Assembly (NCBI GenBank): GCA_963846575.1
Contig: CAWJWJ010000001.1
Span: forward strand, 224,001-288,000
Direction: 5' to 3'
DNA: 64,000 nt
Origin: an uncultured Nitrospiraceae bacterium
GTDB taxonomy: Bacteria; Nitrospirota; Nitrospiria; Nitrospirales; Nitrospiraceae
Below the pieces are notes generated by a model. The model was given only the letters and a program-made list of their open reading frames with translations, made no database searches and was not told where the DNA came from. A program made the translations under genes and the position numbers. Shown here one piece after another: positions 20,137 through 31,052 of this stretch; position 1 is the stretch's first letter; each line of letters opens with the position of its first letter.

Positions 20137-20793
20137 ATGGCAGCGAGAGTCGGAACCCGTTTCGCAAAGCCCGGCCCTTTCGCCCCCGCGAGGGCAGCAG
20201 GGGTGCTCTTCGTGTTGTTGCTTGGAGGACAGGCACTGGGGGCGATCCCGGCGGAATCCCCCACCAGCGCCGTGCAATCGACACTCGATGCGGTGTTCAA
20301 GATTCTTGAGGACGAAACCTTAAAAGCGCCGGGCCAATCGAATCACCGACGGGAGCTCCTGGAGGGCGTCATCGCGAAACGGTTCGACTACGAGGAGATG
20401 TCGAAACGCACGCTCGCGAAGCATTGGAGACCGCTCACCCAGGCCGAACGGCAGGAATTTGTGCAACTGTTTAAAAAGTTCTTATCCGATAAATATGCCG
20501 GGAGGGTGGAAAATTATTCGGGGGAGAAGGCGGTGTATCTCTCTGAACGCCTGTCGAACGGGTATGCAGAGGTCCGTACGAAGCTCGTGTCAGCCAAGGT
20601 TGAATTGCCGATGGATTATCGTCTGACCGCTCGCGGAGGCGAGTGGCGCGCCTATGACGTGGTCGTCGATGGCGTCAGCCTCGTCAAGAACTACCGCAGT
20701 CAATTTTCTCGTATCCTCAGGGATGCGTCGTTTCAAGAACTGCTGCGTCGGCTCCGGGACGGTACGGCCGCGGACGAAAAGCCCAAAACCTAA
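20137..20793 (+). CDS. MlaC/Ttg2D-family periplasmic phospholipid-binding protein
   Basis: FDYEEMSKRTL, WRAYDVVVDGVSLVKNYRSQF. Confidence 0.9.
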   Translation: MAARVGTRFAKPGPFAPARAAGVLFVLLLGGQALGAIPAESPTSAVQSTLDAVFKILEDETLKAPGQSNHRRELLEGVIAKRFDYEEMSKRTLAKHWRPLTQAERQEFVQLFKKFLSDKYAGRVENYSGEKAVYLSERLSNGYAEVRTKLVSAKVELPMDYRLTARGGEWRAYDVVVDGVSLVKNYRSQFSRILRDASFQELLRRLRDGTAADEKPKT

Positions 20794-21008
20794 TCGCAGC
20801 TTGACGAGTACCGAATGAGCCTTACCTCAGAAGTGAGCGGGGGCTTCGGTAAGAGAAACACCAGAGATACCGAGGTCGAGCGCAGGTGACGGTGAGCAGG
20901 CCCGCACGAATGAGCGGGAAGCCTGAAGTCCCTCCCAGACCTCCACCTTGACGACAGGCTCTTTACACCCGCCTCCGCTCCTCTTCTTGTGGTGACTCCC
21001 TCGCCACC

Positions 21009-21230
21009 TTAGTCGACTAACGCCTTGCCGGACGGTGCCCAGATGTCTCTCACCCATCCCATCGTCTGCATTTTCCGGCGATGTTCGAGAATGAGCGGAT
21101 CGATATGTTCTCCGCACATCACACAACGCCATCCCACGGCATCGACGCTGATCTCCGGCAGTACTTCCAGAACCATGAACCCCCCGCAACGCTGACAGTG
21201 GTGCGCAGTTTTCGCGGCAGCCCTGGCCAT
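21009..21230 (-). CDS. Small Zn-ribbon-like protein (CxxC...CxxC)
   Basis: CQRCGG...WRCVMCGEHIDP; AAGGGG RBS. Confidence 0.7.
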   Translation of the reverse strand: MARAAAKTAHHCQRCGGFMVLEVLPEISVDAVGWRCVMCGEHIDPLILEHRRKMQTMGWVRDIWAPSGKALVD

Positions 21231-21311
21231 ATGACACCCCTTCCCGTTCAGGTGATATGTACGCCCTTCCGATGCTCCCGGGGCACAACCCTTCACGACT
21301 CATGATCCTTC

Positions 21312-21767
21312 TCAGGGCGGCCGGCTTCCCACGGTCACCTGGATCTGCTCCTTCACCTGCTCAGGATCCAACACGCCACGAAAGTGAATGGCTCCCTCGC
21401 CTTTCCGGGAACGTATGACGACGGTGCCGATTCCCGTCAGGCCGGCGAGCGGCCCCTGCCTGATGGAGACTTCGCTCACCTGGCCCAACTCGATCGCGCG
21501 GATGTCACGACCGGTCCAGCCGTTCCGCAATAACACCCGCCTGGTCGTGACCATGTAGCGCCCCCAACGCCGCAAGACGGCAGCGCAGGCGAGCAGGATC
21601 ACCGCGCCGATCAGCCAGCCAGTCCACCCGGGCATGTTCAACCGGTGCATGATTGCGGCGCGTCCCGTCACCATCAGGGCCACGAAGTAGAGCCACGTGA
21701 ATTGGCTCCAGGCCGCATAGCCATCGAAGGAGACCGATTCATGCTCTCGTAGCGATTGCTCATTCAT
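21312..21767 (-). CDS. bPH_2 (bacterial PH domain) membrane protein
   Basis: Two TM helices, then YMVTTRRV...G...IEL..V.EVSIRQG...GIGTV. Confidence 0.82.
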   Translation of the reverse strand: MNEQSLREHESVSFDGYAAWSQFTWLYFVALMVTGRAAIMHRLNMPGWTGWLIGAVILLACAAVLRRWGRYMVTTRRVLLRNGWTGRDIRAIELGQVSEVSIRQGPLAGLTGIGTVVIRSRKGEGAIHFRGVLDPEQVKEQIQVTVGSRPP

Positions 21768-22046
21768 GACGATGGTCAGCCCCCGGGACCGGAGTCAGGA
21801 TCTCCCCGCTCACAACGTCGACTCTGTGCTGCCTCCCCCTGCCCGCCGCCCGATCAGTCCTGCCGATTCTGGCCCGATTGTCCACGGTCGATGTCTCATC
21901 CTGATGATTTCTGCTACAGCAGCGCTTGTCCCGGTCTGTCCAAAGACCTCGAGGAATCCCGCGATATTCGTGCGTTTCCACTTCCTGCCGCCCCATCCTT
22001 CGTGGTCTATGCCTTGCAGAACCCATGCTCAACGACGGAGAGCACG

Positions 22047-23420
22047 ATGCCCTGGAGACCGATCATCAAATCCAGACGGGAGTGGGACGTCATTCCGAAC
22101 CTCCACGACTACGAAACGGTTCGATCACACTTTTCCTGGGCTCATGCGCGAGCTGAGCTGGACGGGCTGCCCGGGGGAGAGGGACTGAATATCGCCCACG
22201 AAGCCGTCGTCCGTCATGCGGTTGGTCCAACGGCGGAGCGGACGGCCATCCGCTGGCTGGGGAAAAACGGGGAGGTGGTAGATTATTCGTACCGGGACCT
22301 GAACGAACTGACCGATCGCTTCGCCAACGTCCTCCATTCACTCGATATCACCAAAGAAGACCGCGTGTTCGCCCTGGCCGGCCGTGTTCCTGAACTCTAC
22401 ATCACGGCCCTCGGCAGCTTGAAGCACGGGGCGGTCTTCTGCCCGCTATTCTCCGCCTTCGGTCCCGAGCCGATCCGCGCGCGCTTGACCATCGGCCAGG
22501 CCAGGCTGTTGGTGACCACGGAGTCCCTGTATCTGCGCAAGGTGGCGGCCATCAGGGACTCCCTCCCCGACCTCGAACAGGTCCTGCTGATCGGCGACAA
22601 GGGAGAGCCGTCGAATCAGCGCGGCACCCTGGATTTTCATACGTCGCTGAGGAATGCTCCCGCACCGTATCGAATCCAGCCGACCGCTCCCGAAGACCTC
22701 GCGCTGCTCCATTTCACCAGCGGCACGACGGGAACCCCGAAGGGCGCCATGCACGTGCATGAGGCCGTAGTGGCCCATCACATGACCGGCAAGCTCGCCC
22801 TCGACTTTCATCCCGACGATATTTTCTGGTGCACCGCCGATCCCGGATGGGTGACCGGCACGTCCTACGGCATCATCGCCCCGCTCACCCACGGCCTCAC
22901 CTGCATCGTGGATGAAGCGGATTTTGACGCCGGGCGCTGGTACGGCATTTTGCAGGATCAGCACGTGTCGGTCTGGTATACGGCGCCGACCGCCATCCGG
23001 ATGATGATGAAAATCGGGACCGCCTCCCTGCGGCACTATGATCTGCGCGACTTGCGGTTTCTCGCCAGCGTGGGCGAACCGCTCAATCCCGAAGCCGTGG
23101 TCTGGGGACAGGAGGCGTTCGGGCATCCCTTCCATGATAATTGGTGGCAAACCGAAACGGGCGGCATCATGATCGCGAACTATGCGGGCATGGATATACG
23201 GCCCGGGTCGATGGGCCGGCCCCTGCCCGGGATCGAAGCCGGCATCGTCAAGAAAACGGACTCGGGAGAGGTCACGATTGTGGAGGAACCGGGCCGGCAG
23301 GGCGAACTGGCCATCCGACCGGGCTGGCCCTCCATGTTCCGCGGCTATTGGACTGAGCCGGAACGGTACAGGAAATGTTTTTCCGGCGGATGGTATCTGA
23401 CCGGTGATCTCGCGAAGAAA
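22047..23420 (+). pseudogene. acsA: Acetate--CoA ligase, C-terminally truncated and fused in frame to an E2 fragment
   Basis: [19 protein letters not shown] and YLTGD present; GRxDD hinge and C-terminal catalytic Lys domain absent. Confidence 0.85.
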
Positions 23421-24168
23421 GGTCCCGACGGAGCGATCACCTTGGAAGATGTCGGGCGGGTCGGCGCGATCGCGGGAATCGCCAAACCGGCAGAGGCATC
23501 TGAGCGGCAGGCGCGCATGCGCCACGATCGCCGCCGCGATGGCACGGTCCAAACGCGAGATTCCCCATTACTACCTGAACAGCACCATCGACATGGGACA
23601 GGCCATCGCCTGGTTGACGCGCACGAATGAGACCGGTGCGGTGACGGAGCGCCTCCTCTATGGGGTCCTCCTCATCAAGGCCGTGGCCCTTGCGCAGCGT
23701 CGGATCCCCGAGTTGAACGCGCGCTGGAAGGAAGGAGCGGCGGTGCGAAGCGACAGGATCCATATCGGCACGGCCATTTCCCTGCGCCAGGGCGGACTGG
23801 TTGCGCCGGCCTTGCATGACGCCGATCAGCTCGGCTTGACGGACTTGATGACAGGATTTCAGGATCTGGTGAAGCGGGCCCGGGCCGGCTCCTTACGCAG
23901 CTCGGAACTGTCCGACCCCACGATTACCGTCACCAGCCTCGGCGAACAAGGGGTGGAAACCGTCTTCGGAGTGATTTATCCTCCTCAAGTCGCGTTGGTC
24001 GGATTCGGCAAACTGGTCGAACGTCCGTGGGTGGTGAATGGCCGGATTGTCCCCCGGCCGGTGATCACGGCCTCCCTGTCCGCAGACCATCGTGTCAGCG
24101 ATGGCCATCGTGGAGGACTGTTTTTGGCGGAGATCGATCGCCTCCTGCAGGAGCCTCAGACGCTATGA
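23421..24168 (+). pseudogene. Dihydrolipoamide acyltransferase (E2) remnant: no lipoyl domain, frameshift near 23524
   Basis: [11 protein letters not shown] (E3-binding domain); [20 protein letters not shown] split across frames; DHRVSDG catalytic motif. Confidence 0.85.
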
Positions 24169-24422
24169 ACAACAGGCCGCCGCCGAATGATCATCGCACT
24201 GTGGTCCTGCGTCTCCTGGGGGACGTCGCCCCCGAGGCAGATCTGAGCTCTATCCGGCCGGAGGTCAGTTTTCGCGATCAACTCGATCTCGACTCCATGG
24301 ACTTCCTCAACTTCGTCGTGGCCCTCCACAAGGAATTCCACATTGAAATTCCTGAATCGGACTATCCGAAATATATCACCCTGGACGGCTGCCTCGCCCA
24401 ACTGGCCGCGGCACGACCATGA
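24165..24422 (+). CDS. Acyl carrier protein
   Basis: LDLDSMDF phosphopantetheine motif; ATGA overlap with E2. Confidence 0.9.
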   Translation: MNNRPPPNDHRTVVLRLLGDVAPEADLSSIRPEVSFRDQLDLDSMDFLNFVVALHKEFHIEIPESDYPKYITLDGCLAQLAAARP

Positions 24423-25099
24423 AGAGTACCCCGTCGCGGCAGCCCCACACCTGCATCTTGAAGGTTCTCGTCGGCTCGCATGCGCACGGGCTGGCCGGTC
24501 CCGATAGCGATAAGGATTTCCGGAGCGTCCTTGCCATCCCCACAACCGACATGTTTCGCGTCGGCTTCAAATACCAGGGCATGCGAATGGTGAAGGAGGA
24601 GGACGACGAAACGGCGTGGGAGATCGCCCATTTTCTTTTCCTGGCGCTGCAGGGCCACCCGCTGGTGCTCGAGACCTTTCTCGCGCCGGTCGTGGAGACG
24701 GATGACTGGGGAACGGAACTCCGGGCGCTGTTCCCGCGGCTCTGGTCCCCGCGGAGCGCCTATGATTCGTTCATGAATTATTGCGAGAACCAGCGCAAAA
24801 AAATGTTGGAGAAGAAGGACGGCCGCCCGGCCAAATACGCCGCGGCTTATGTGCGGGTGCTCTTCAATCTCTGTGAGCTGTTGGAACGGGGGACGTTCAC
24901 CGTCCGGATCGCGGACACCACCATCGGTGACAGGCTGGGAAAGATCAAAGCCGGCGAGTACCGCCCCGGCGAGGTGATTGATCTGGGCGAGCAGTGGGCA
25001 GAGACGGCGGCCGGCCTGCTCACGCGCTGTTCCCAACAGAGTCGCCCCGACCAGGCCGACGAGTTCCTCATCAGGCTGCGCACCTCGTTTCTGCGCTGA
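24419..25099 (+). CDS. Pol-beta superfamily nucleotidyltransferase (RlaP-like)
   Basis: VGSHAHGL...DSDKDFR GS/DxD motif, GHPLVLE; ATGA overlap with ACP. Confidence 0.8.
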   Translation: MKSTPSRQPHTCILKVLVGSHAHGLAGPDSDKDFRSVLAIPTTDMFRVGFKYQGMRMVKEEDDETAWEIAHFLFLALQGHPLVLETFLAPVVETDDWGTELRALFPRLWSPRSAYDSFMNYCENQRKKMLEKKDGRPAKYAAAYVRVLFNLCELLERGTFTVRIADTTIGDRLGKIKAGEYRPGEVIDLGEQWAETAAGLLTRCSQQSRPDQADEFLIRLRTSFLR

Positions 25100-25152
25100 C
25101 CGCCGGTGCACAGAGGTCGCGGACAGCACCTCCCATCCTTCCTCCAGACGGG

Positions 25153-26412
25153 TTATTTGGACTGGACCAACGGAATGGCGGCCGTGACGGTCGTGCCCCC
25201 GCCACGGCGGCTCTCGACCGTGAATCGCCCGCCCATCGCACGCATGCGCTCGCGCATGATGATCAATCCGAATCCCGGCTGCGCGGCTTCACGCGCATCC
25301 TTGTCGAATCCCTTTCCCATATCGCACACGGTCAGCACGAGTTCCTGATCGGTCGTGGCGAGCGCCACCTCCACCTTCTTCGCATCCGCATGTTTCGCCA
25401 CATTCACCAGGGCTTCCTGCAGCACCCGGAACAAGGCGACCGCCTGGTCCGGACGACAGCCGGTGGGAACCTTTTCGGCTTCGAAGGCGATCTGCGGCCT
25501 GGCAAACATGTTGAGGTCGTCGATGTACTCCTTCATCGCCACGTGCAGTTCGCAATGGTCCAGGAAGCCGGAGTGCAATCGATGCGCGAGATGATGAAGG
25601 TCCACTCCCAGATGAGACAGATGCCGCTTGATCTCATGCAGCTTCGCGATGACAGCTGTCTCCAATCCCTGGCGTTGCTCGAGCAGCGACATATCCCGTA
25701 TGAGCGTCGTCATCCGTTGACTGAACTCCACCTGCAGATCTCGGGCGATGCGTTGCCGGACCTCCTGCTCCATGGTCAGCAGACGGGCGCTCAACGCGCG
25801 TAACTCCTCCTGGCTCTCCTGGAGAGCCCCTTCCTGCTCCCTCAACCGCTCTTCCGCCTGCTTGCGCGCCGTGATGTCGGTCATGGCGAGACGCACCTGG
25901 AGCAATTCATCCCCGCTGTCGACCAGGCGGGCGTCGATCAGGACCGTCTTCGGCTCCCCCACCGACATCAGCTCCACCTCGCAAGACAGGGCGCCGGACG
26001 TCACCAGGACCTCACGGCATTGCTGCGTGAAGCGCAAGACATCGCGCTCCGCCACGAACTCGGCCAACCGACGCCCGACAATCTCCGCCCGCCCGAGTCC
26101 GAGCAGCCGCTCGCCTGCCCCATTGATTTGTTCGATCCGCAGTTCCGGGTCCAGGGTCACATAGGGAGCGGGAGCGGATTCGTACAGATCGCAGTAGCGG
26201 TCCCGGCTATCCTCTGCATCCTGGCGCGTCCGGCGCAGCTCCTCACATTGCAGCTCGAGTTCGATCTGATGCACCCGCAGCTCATGCACGAGAGCCTCAA
26301 TGTTTTCCGGCGCCAGACTGGGCACAGTTTTGGCAATCCGGTCCCCCAGCGAGACCTCGGCGCGCTTTCGAAGTTCCGCTGCCTCCGCCTCAGGGGGGCG
26401 TTTTCGGCTCAT
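25153..26412 (-). CDS. PAS / HisKA_3 / HATPase protein lacking the phospho-His
   Basis: QRIARDLQVEF versus canonical RRIARELHDD; QEALVNVAKHA, DMGKGF, GFGLIIMRER. Confidence 0.88.
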   Translation of the reverse strand: MSRKRPPEAEAAELRKRAEVSLGDRIAKTVPSLAPENIEALVHELRVHQIELELQCEELRRTRQDAEDSRDRYCDLYESAPAPYVTLDPELRIEQINGAGERLLGLGRAEIVGRRLAEFVAERDVLRFTQQCREVLVTSGALSCEVELMSVGEPKTVLIDARLVDSGDELLQVRLAMTDITARKQAEERLREQEGALQESQEELRALSARLLTMEQEVRQRIARDLQVEFSQRMTTLIRDMSLLEQRQGLETAVIAKLHEIKRHLSHLGVDLHHLAHRLHSGFLDHCELHVAMKEYIDDLNMFARPQIAFEAEKVPTGCRPDQAVALFRVLQEALVNVAKHADAKKVEVALATTDQELVLTVCDMGKGFDKDAREAAQPGFGLIIMRERMRAMGGRFTVESRRGGGTTVTAAIPLVQSK

Positions 26413-26442
26413 GCTTCCTCCGCTCGGTTCGACTCGTCACGG

Positions 26443-29400
26443 TCACGCCGGCTGCTTCACGTCCTCGTAATCGCGATACGGATCGGCTTGCCTCTTCTGT
26501 CCCGTGTGAGACCCTACGTCTTCGGCAGCGGTGACGTCAATCGCTATCACCCACTCGTGCCACCCCGGAACGGACAGGGACTGGGAGGCGTTGGAGACGG
26601 CAAGCGTCTTGACGCTGCCGTCCTTGCAGGTCACCCGCACCGGCCAATTGTGCACTTGCCCATCCAGCTGCCGGAGGGCTTGACCCAGCTGCTCCCGATA
26701 GGCCGCATCGGGAAACAGCCAGTTGAACACCTCCGCATGGCCCACCACCTCGCCCGTCTGGTACCCGGTCACCCTTTCACACTCGCTATTCCAGACCGTG
26801 ATTGTGCGGTTGGATCCAAGTGCGGCCAGCATCACGGGCAGGCGCTCCAGCAGCCGGCCGGTCATGGCCTCCTTTTCGGCAACGGACTGCTCCAGCCGCT
26901 TCATCGGTGTGATGTTGGTAAAGGTGAGCACCGCGCCGTCGATGACATGGTCCAACGTCCGATAGGGCGAGGTCCGCATCAGGAACCATTGGCCGGACTT
27001 GGTTTCGACCTGCGTTTCTCTGGGGATCAGGCTGTCCAGGACCTCCCTGACGTCTTCGGACAACCGTTCGTATTTCAAATTCGTGGCCAGATCGCTGAGG
27101 GGCCGGCCGATGTCCCCTTGAATGAGATTGATGACCTTGGAGGTTTGCGGCGTGAAGCGTTTTACAAGTAAGCCGTTATCCACGAACACCGTCGCGATGT
27201 CCGTACTGTTGAGCAGGTTCCGCATGTCGCTATTGGATTGGGACAACTCCTCGAGCTTCTCCTGCAGCTCCGCATTGACCGTGACCAGTTCCTCATTCAT
27301 GGACTGCATTTCTTCTTTGGACGTCGTCAGTTCTTCATTGGTGCTCTGCAGTTCCTCGTTCATGGACTGCAGTTCCTCATTGGCCGACTTGAGATCCTCC
27401 TGCGACGTTTCCATGGCTTCAACCGTGGCGTGGAGCTGCCCCTGGAGACGTGACAGTTCCTGTTCGAGTCCTGAAACGGTGGTCTCCGGGCGGGTTCGCC
27501 CCTTCATCGATTTCTCCGGCCGCGCCGTTGACTCCGCGATGGCCTCAAACGTCACCAGGACCAGCCCCTTGGATCCGGTCTGGCCGGTCACCGGATGAGC
27601 CCTCAGATTCACCAGCCCCTCGCCCCCGTTCATACGCACCCGCAGGCCTTTGGCCGCCGCCTCCTGCTTGCGAAGCAACGCCTTACGGATCAAGGCTCCC
27701 AGTTCCATCCGAAGGCCTTCGCGCGCCATCGCAAAGAGGTTGAGCGAGGCTTCGCCGCTGGCGGGTTCGAGAAACTGGCCGGTCTTGCCGTGGATGTACA
27801 GGATCTCTCCGGTTTCGTTGACCAGGACGGCGGGAGGCGCAAAATGCTGGAGCAAGACATCGCGTGAGAGCTCGGGCAGGGGACGATCGATCCGGGGCGC
27901 CTGCTCCCGCCGTTTGTCCTCCCTCCTGACCCAGGACGCGGCCGCGCTCCTTCCCAGTCTGGCCGCGAGAGCCGCCGGCAACTCGCGCCGGCGGAAGATT
28001 TTACTTTTGGCATCGATCGGGGAAAACAGGGTGCGGAATTCGCCGATCGTTTCCGACGAGCCGAGAAACAGGATGCCCTCCGGCGCGAGCGCATGGTGGA
28101 AGAGGGGCAACAACTTCTTCTGCAGGTCGGCGGTGAAATAAATCAGTACATTACGGCAACTGATCAGATCGATTCTCGTAAACGGCGGGTCCATGATCAT
28201 GTTCTGGGGAGCAAATACGATCATTTCTCTGATCCCCTTCTGAACCCGATAGCCCTGCTCTTCCCGGGCGAAAAATCTCTGCAAACGCTCGGGCGAGACT
28301 CCGGATTCGATATCCGGGCCATAGAATCCCTGGCGTGCCCGCTCGATGGCCTCTCTGTTGAGATCGGTCGCGAAGATCTGCACTTTGATCTGCCCTTCCA
28401 GATTCGCCTGCTTGAGGCATTCACGGACCAGGATCGCCAGCGAATAGGCTTCTTCGCCGGTCGAGCTTCCCGGCACCCAGATACGCAGGGTGGACCCGTA
28501 TTGGCGCCGGATCAGCGCGGGCAGAACTTTTTCTTTCAGAATCTGAAACGAGTCCGGATCGCGAAAGAATCCCGTGACACCGATCAGCAACTCCTTGAGC
28601 AACAACTCGCTCTCGTGAGGGTTCTCTTTCAGAAACCGCGCATAGTCTTCCACGGTCTCGATCTGGTGCAGCTGCATACGCCGGTCGATCCGGCGTTGAA
28701 TCGTGCTCGGTTTATAGAGAGACACATCATGGTCGGTCTGGGCCCGCAGGATTGCCACGACTTCCCCGACTCCCTCCGCGGCCCCGCGGTCTCTGGACGC
28801 CACCTCCTCCTTCGTGCTGCCGGCATGCGCCACATAGGCCATCAATCGGGCCGGAAGCACTCCCGCCGGTGCCACATAGTCCACCAGGCCGGTCGCGATG
28901 GCACTCTTCGGGAGGCTGGTACAGGTTGCGCCGGCCGGGTCTTGCGCCATCGCCATCCCCAGATGTTGCTTGACCGCCTTCACGCCCAGGATACCGTCGT
29001 GCCCGGTACCGGACAGGATGATGGCCACGGCCTGACGCCCTTGGTCCTCAGCCAGCTGCTGCAGGAAATAATCGGTGGGACGCAGTGCGTCGCGTGGCAC
29101 GTCGGACTCCGCTGGCTGCAGTCGGCCACGTGTTATCCGCAGGTATTGATTCGGGGCGAGAAGGTAAATACGGTCAGGCCGGACGACCGTCTTCCCGGAC
29201 ACCTCGACGATCGGCATGGCAGTCGATCGGCTGAGGAACTCGGTCAATGTCTCTTTGTGCCGTGAATCGTGGTGCGACAGGATGACAAACGCCACGCCGC
29301 TGCGGGCCGGCATCCGGGAAAAGAATTGCTGGAACGCGTCCCAGGATCCACCCGATCCGCCCATCCCAACGATGTAGGAGGGGCGTTTGGTTCCGGCGCC

Positions 29401-29475
29401 CGAAGGCGAGGCCTCAGCTGCAGGCTTGGCCTGACGGGCCGGACGGCGTGAACTGGGTGTTCTTTTTGCAGCCAT
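26443..29475 (-). CDS. CheB-CheR-PAS fusion, second paralog
   Basis: [39 protein letters not shown] repeats. Confidence 0.93.
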   Translation of the reverse strand: MAAKRTPSSRRPARQAKPAAEASPSGAGTKRPSYIVGMGGSGGSWDAFQQFFSRMPARSGVAFVILSHHDSRHKETLTEFLSRSTAMPIVEVSGKTVVRPDRIYLLAPNQYLRITRGRLQPAESDVPRDALRPTDYFLQQLAEDQGRQAVAIILSGTGHDGILGVKAVKQHLGMAMAQDPAGATCTSLPKSAIATGLVDYVAPAGVLPARLMAYVAHAGSTKEEVASRDRGAAEGVGEVVAILRAQTDHDVSLYKPSTIQRRIDRRMQLHQIETVEDYARFLKENPHESELLLKELLIGVTGFFRDPDSFQILKEKVLPALIRRQYGSTLRIWVPGSSTGEEAYSLAILVRECLKQANLEGQIKVQIFATDLNREAIERARQGFYGPDIESGVSPERLQRFFAREEQGYRVQKGIREMIVFAPQNMIMDPPFTRIDLISCRNVLIYFTADLQKKLLPLFHHALAPEGILFLGSSETIGEFRTLFSPIDAKSKIFRRRELPAALAARLGRSAAASWVRREDKRREQAPRIDRPLPELSRDVLLQHFAPPAVLVNETGEILYIHGKTGQFLEPASGEASLNLFAMAREGLRMELGALIRKALLRKQEAAAKGLRVRMNGGEGLVNLRAHPVTGQTGSKGLVLVTFEAIAESTARPEKSMKGRTRPETTVSGLEQELSRLQGQLHATVEAMETSQEDLKSANEELQSMNEELQSTNEELTTSKEEMQSMNEELVTVNAELQEKLEELSQSNSDMRNLLNSTDIATVFVDNGLLVKRFTPQTSKVINLIQGDIGRPLSDLATNLKYERLSEDVREVLDSLIPRETQVETKSGQWFLMRTSPYRTLDHVIDGAVLTFTNITPMKRLEQSVAEKEAMTGRLLERLPVMLAALGSNRTITVWNSECERVTGYQTGEVVGHAEVFNWLFPDAAYREQLGQALRQLDGQVHNWPVRVTCKDGSVKTLAVSNASQSLSVPGWHEWVIAIDVTAAEDVGSHTGQKRQADPYRDYEDVKQPA

Positions 29476-29612
29476 GACAGATGTTCGCGTCCCCTACGAT
29501 GACACGGCTCGAGCTCAGCAGAAAACGTGGGCGTCTGTTCCTCTCGAAACCCGCACCGTACCGTGGCGTCGCCTTCACCCGCAACAGCCCCGGCCGATCT
29601 CTGATCAGTCGA

Positions 29613-30251
29613 TTAGCGTGGCAACGGTGTCAGGTCCTCGCCGGCTTCAGAACCTGCCACGCTGCCCATGGCTTCGACCTTGTATCCCCGGGCCAGACGG
29701 TTGAGGACTTCGGCTAGTGTCTCGAGCGGGAAGGTTCCTTTGACATCATCGAAATGCAACGCGTTTAAAGGCATGTACGGCATGTAGGCTTCGTCGGGGT
29801 CTTGTACGACCGCGAGTCCCCGGGCTTCGCGGATGGCGATCATTCCACTCAGGCCATCCTGGCCGCACCCGGTCAATAAGGCACCCACCACGCGTTCACC
29901 ATAAGTCTTCGCGGCTGAGCGAAAGAGCGGATCGACGGCAGGCCGAGTGCTATGTTCCCGCGGTCCGCGCTGCACCTCTATGCCGGTTTTCAGGAAGAGC
30001 ATGTGATGATCCGCCGGGGCGAGATAAATCACGCCCGGCCGCGCTTGCTCTCCAGACTGCGGTTCGACGAGCGGCAAGAGGGACCGTCTCCCCAGGACCG
30101 TCGCCAAGAGCCCCGGCATGGCGCCGCGGTGGAGGACACAACCGATGACGGCAGGCAGATCCGCCGGCAGCAGCGCAAACAACCGCTGCAGGGCCGTGAC
30201 GCCGCCCGCCGAGGCACCGATGACGATCACGTCACGCGGTATCTCTTCCAT
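29613..30251 (-). CDS. Stand-alone CheB-type methylesterase (no REC domain)
   Basis: IGASAGG, VLH, RPAVDPLFRS, LTGCGQDG; GGGAGG RBS. Confidence 0.9.
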   Translation of the reverse strand: MEEIPRDVIVIGASAGGVTALQRLFALLPADLPAVIGCVLHRGAMPGLLATVLGRRSLLPLVEPQSGEQARPGVIYLAPADHHMLFLKTGIEVQRGPREHSTRPAVDPLFRSAAKTYGERVVGALLTGCGQDGLSGMIAIREARGLAVVQDPDEAYMPYMPLNALHFDDVKGTFPLETLAEVLNRLARGYKVEAMGSVAGSEAGEDLTPLPR

Positions 30252-30301
30252 ATTCAGCGCGCCTCCCTGTCCGGGACTTTGTTGCGGGGCACTGATCTTC
30301 G

Positions 30302-30688
30302 TCATCTGTTCGACTCCAGCACATGGGTGGCTTCAATCATGGCACGAACGGCCTCGTACTGCTGTTCGACTTCGCGTAGCCGGTGCTGTACGTTTTCACG
30401 CGCGATTCCATCGGGCAGCACCTCGTCCTTCAACAGGTCGTCGTACAGCAACCGGAGCTGCCGTAACTGGACGACCGCCGCCCATAACGTGAATTCCAGG
30501 CGGTCTTCTTTGGCCCGGTACAGACTCGTAATCGAATACCGGTGATCGATCTGACATGCATATGATTTTTGCGCCCGCGGACCTTCTGCGTGCAGGCTGA
30601 GCACGCCGCCGCAATCCGGACAAGATAAGGGCGCCAAGCGTGGCTCGGAATCAGGAGATGATGCGGACATGGGAGGCCGGGGCTTCAT
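30302..30688 (-). CDS. CPxCGG/CxxxH domain protein resembling the C-terminal extension of some stand-alone CheB proteins
   Basis: SCPDCGGVL...YACQIDHRYS...LEFTLWAAV; start uncertain. Confidence 0.7.
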   Translation of the reverse strand: MKPRPPMSASSPDSEPRLAPLSCPDCGGVLSLHAEGPRAQKSYACQIDHRYSITSLYRAKEDRLEFTLWAAVVQLRQLRLLYDDLLKDEVLPDGIARENVQHRLREVEQQYEAVRAMIEATHVLESNR

Positions 30689-30940
30689 AGCTAAGGTATC
30701 GAGGGCGCAGAATAGGCAGTTTCTCCAGGACAACCAACTAGTAACTTGCCTAGTCGGCCTTCGTCCCGCGAGTGGTCAGGATGACCTTAATGAGGTAATT
30801 GGCCACATGACCAGTGCATGGTGCTGTCCCGTATCGCCCCATCCGCAGCGGGCAGGGGGGGTGACAGATGGAACGGTGACCGGCACGCTGAATGGATGAA
30901 CCCGGGGGCTCCCGCGGATAGGGCCGGCAGACGTGTTCTC

Positions 30941-30956
30941 TGGCACCCGGCCTGCA
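30941..30956 (+). promoter_or_regulatory. Putative sigma-54 promoter
   Basis: TGGCAC-CCGGC-CTGCA, about 95 bp upstream of the PRTase gene. Confidence 0.5.
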
Positions 30957-31052
30957 TCAGGTCAATGCCGTTCCCCCGATCCCCGCCATGGCCGGGGACC
31001 GGGGGTCCGCTTTCCGGAGCCCGCGAGGAGCCGGTCGACGAAGCGGAGGATG

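Noticed and set aside
21756..23630. 624-aa ORF as an intact acetyl-CoA synthetase
   Set aside because: The N-terminal extension precedes the RBS-supported ATG at 22047, and the tail is an E2 fragment plus frameshifted sequence
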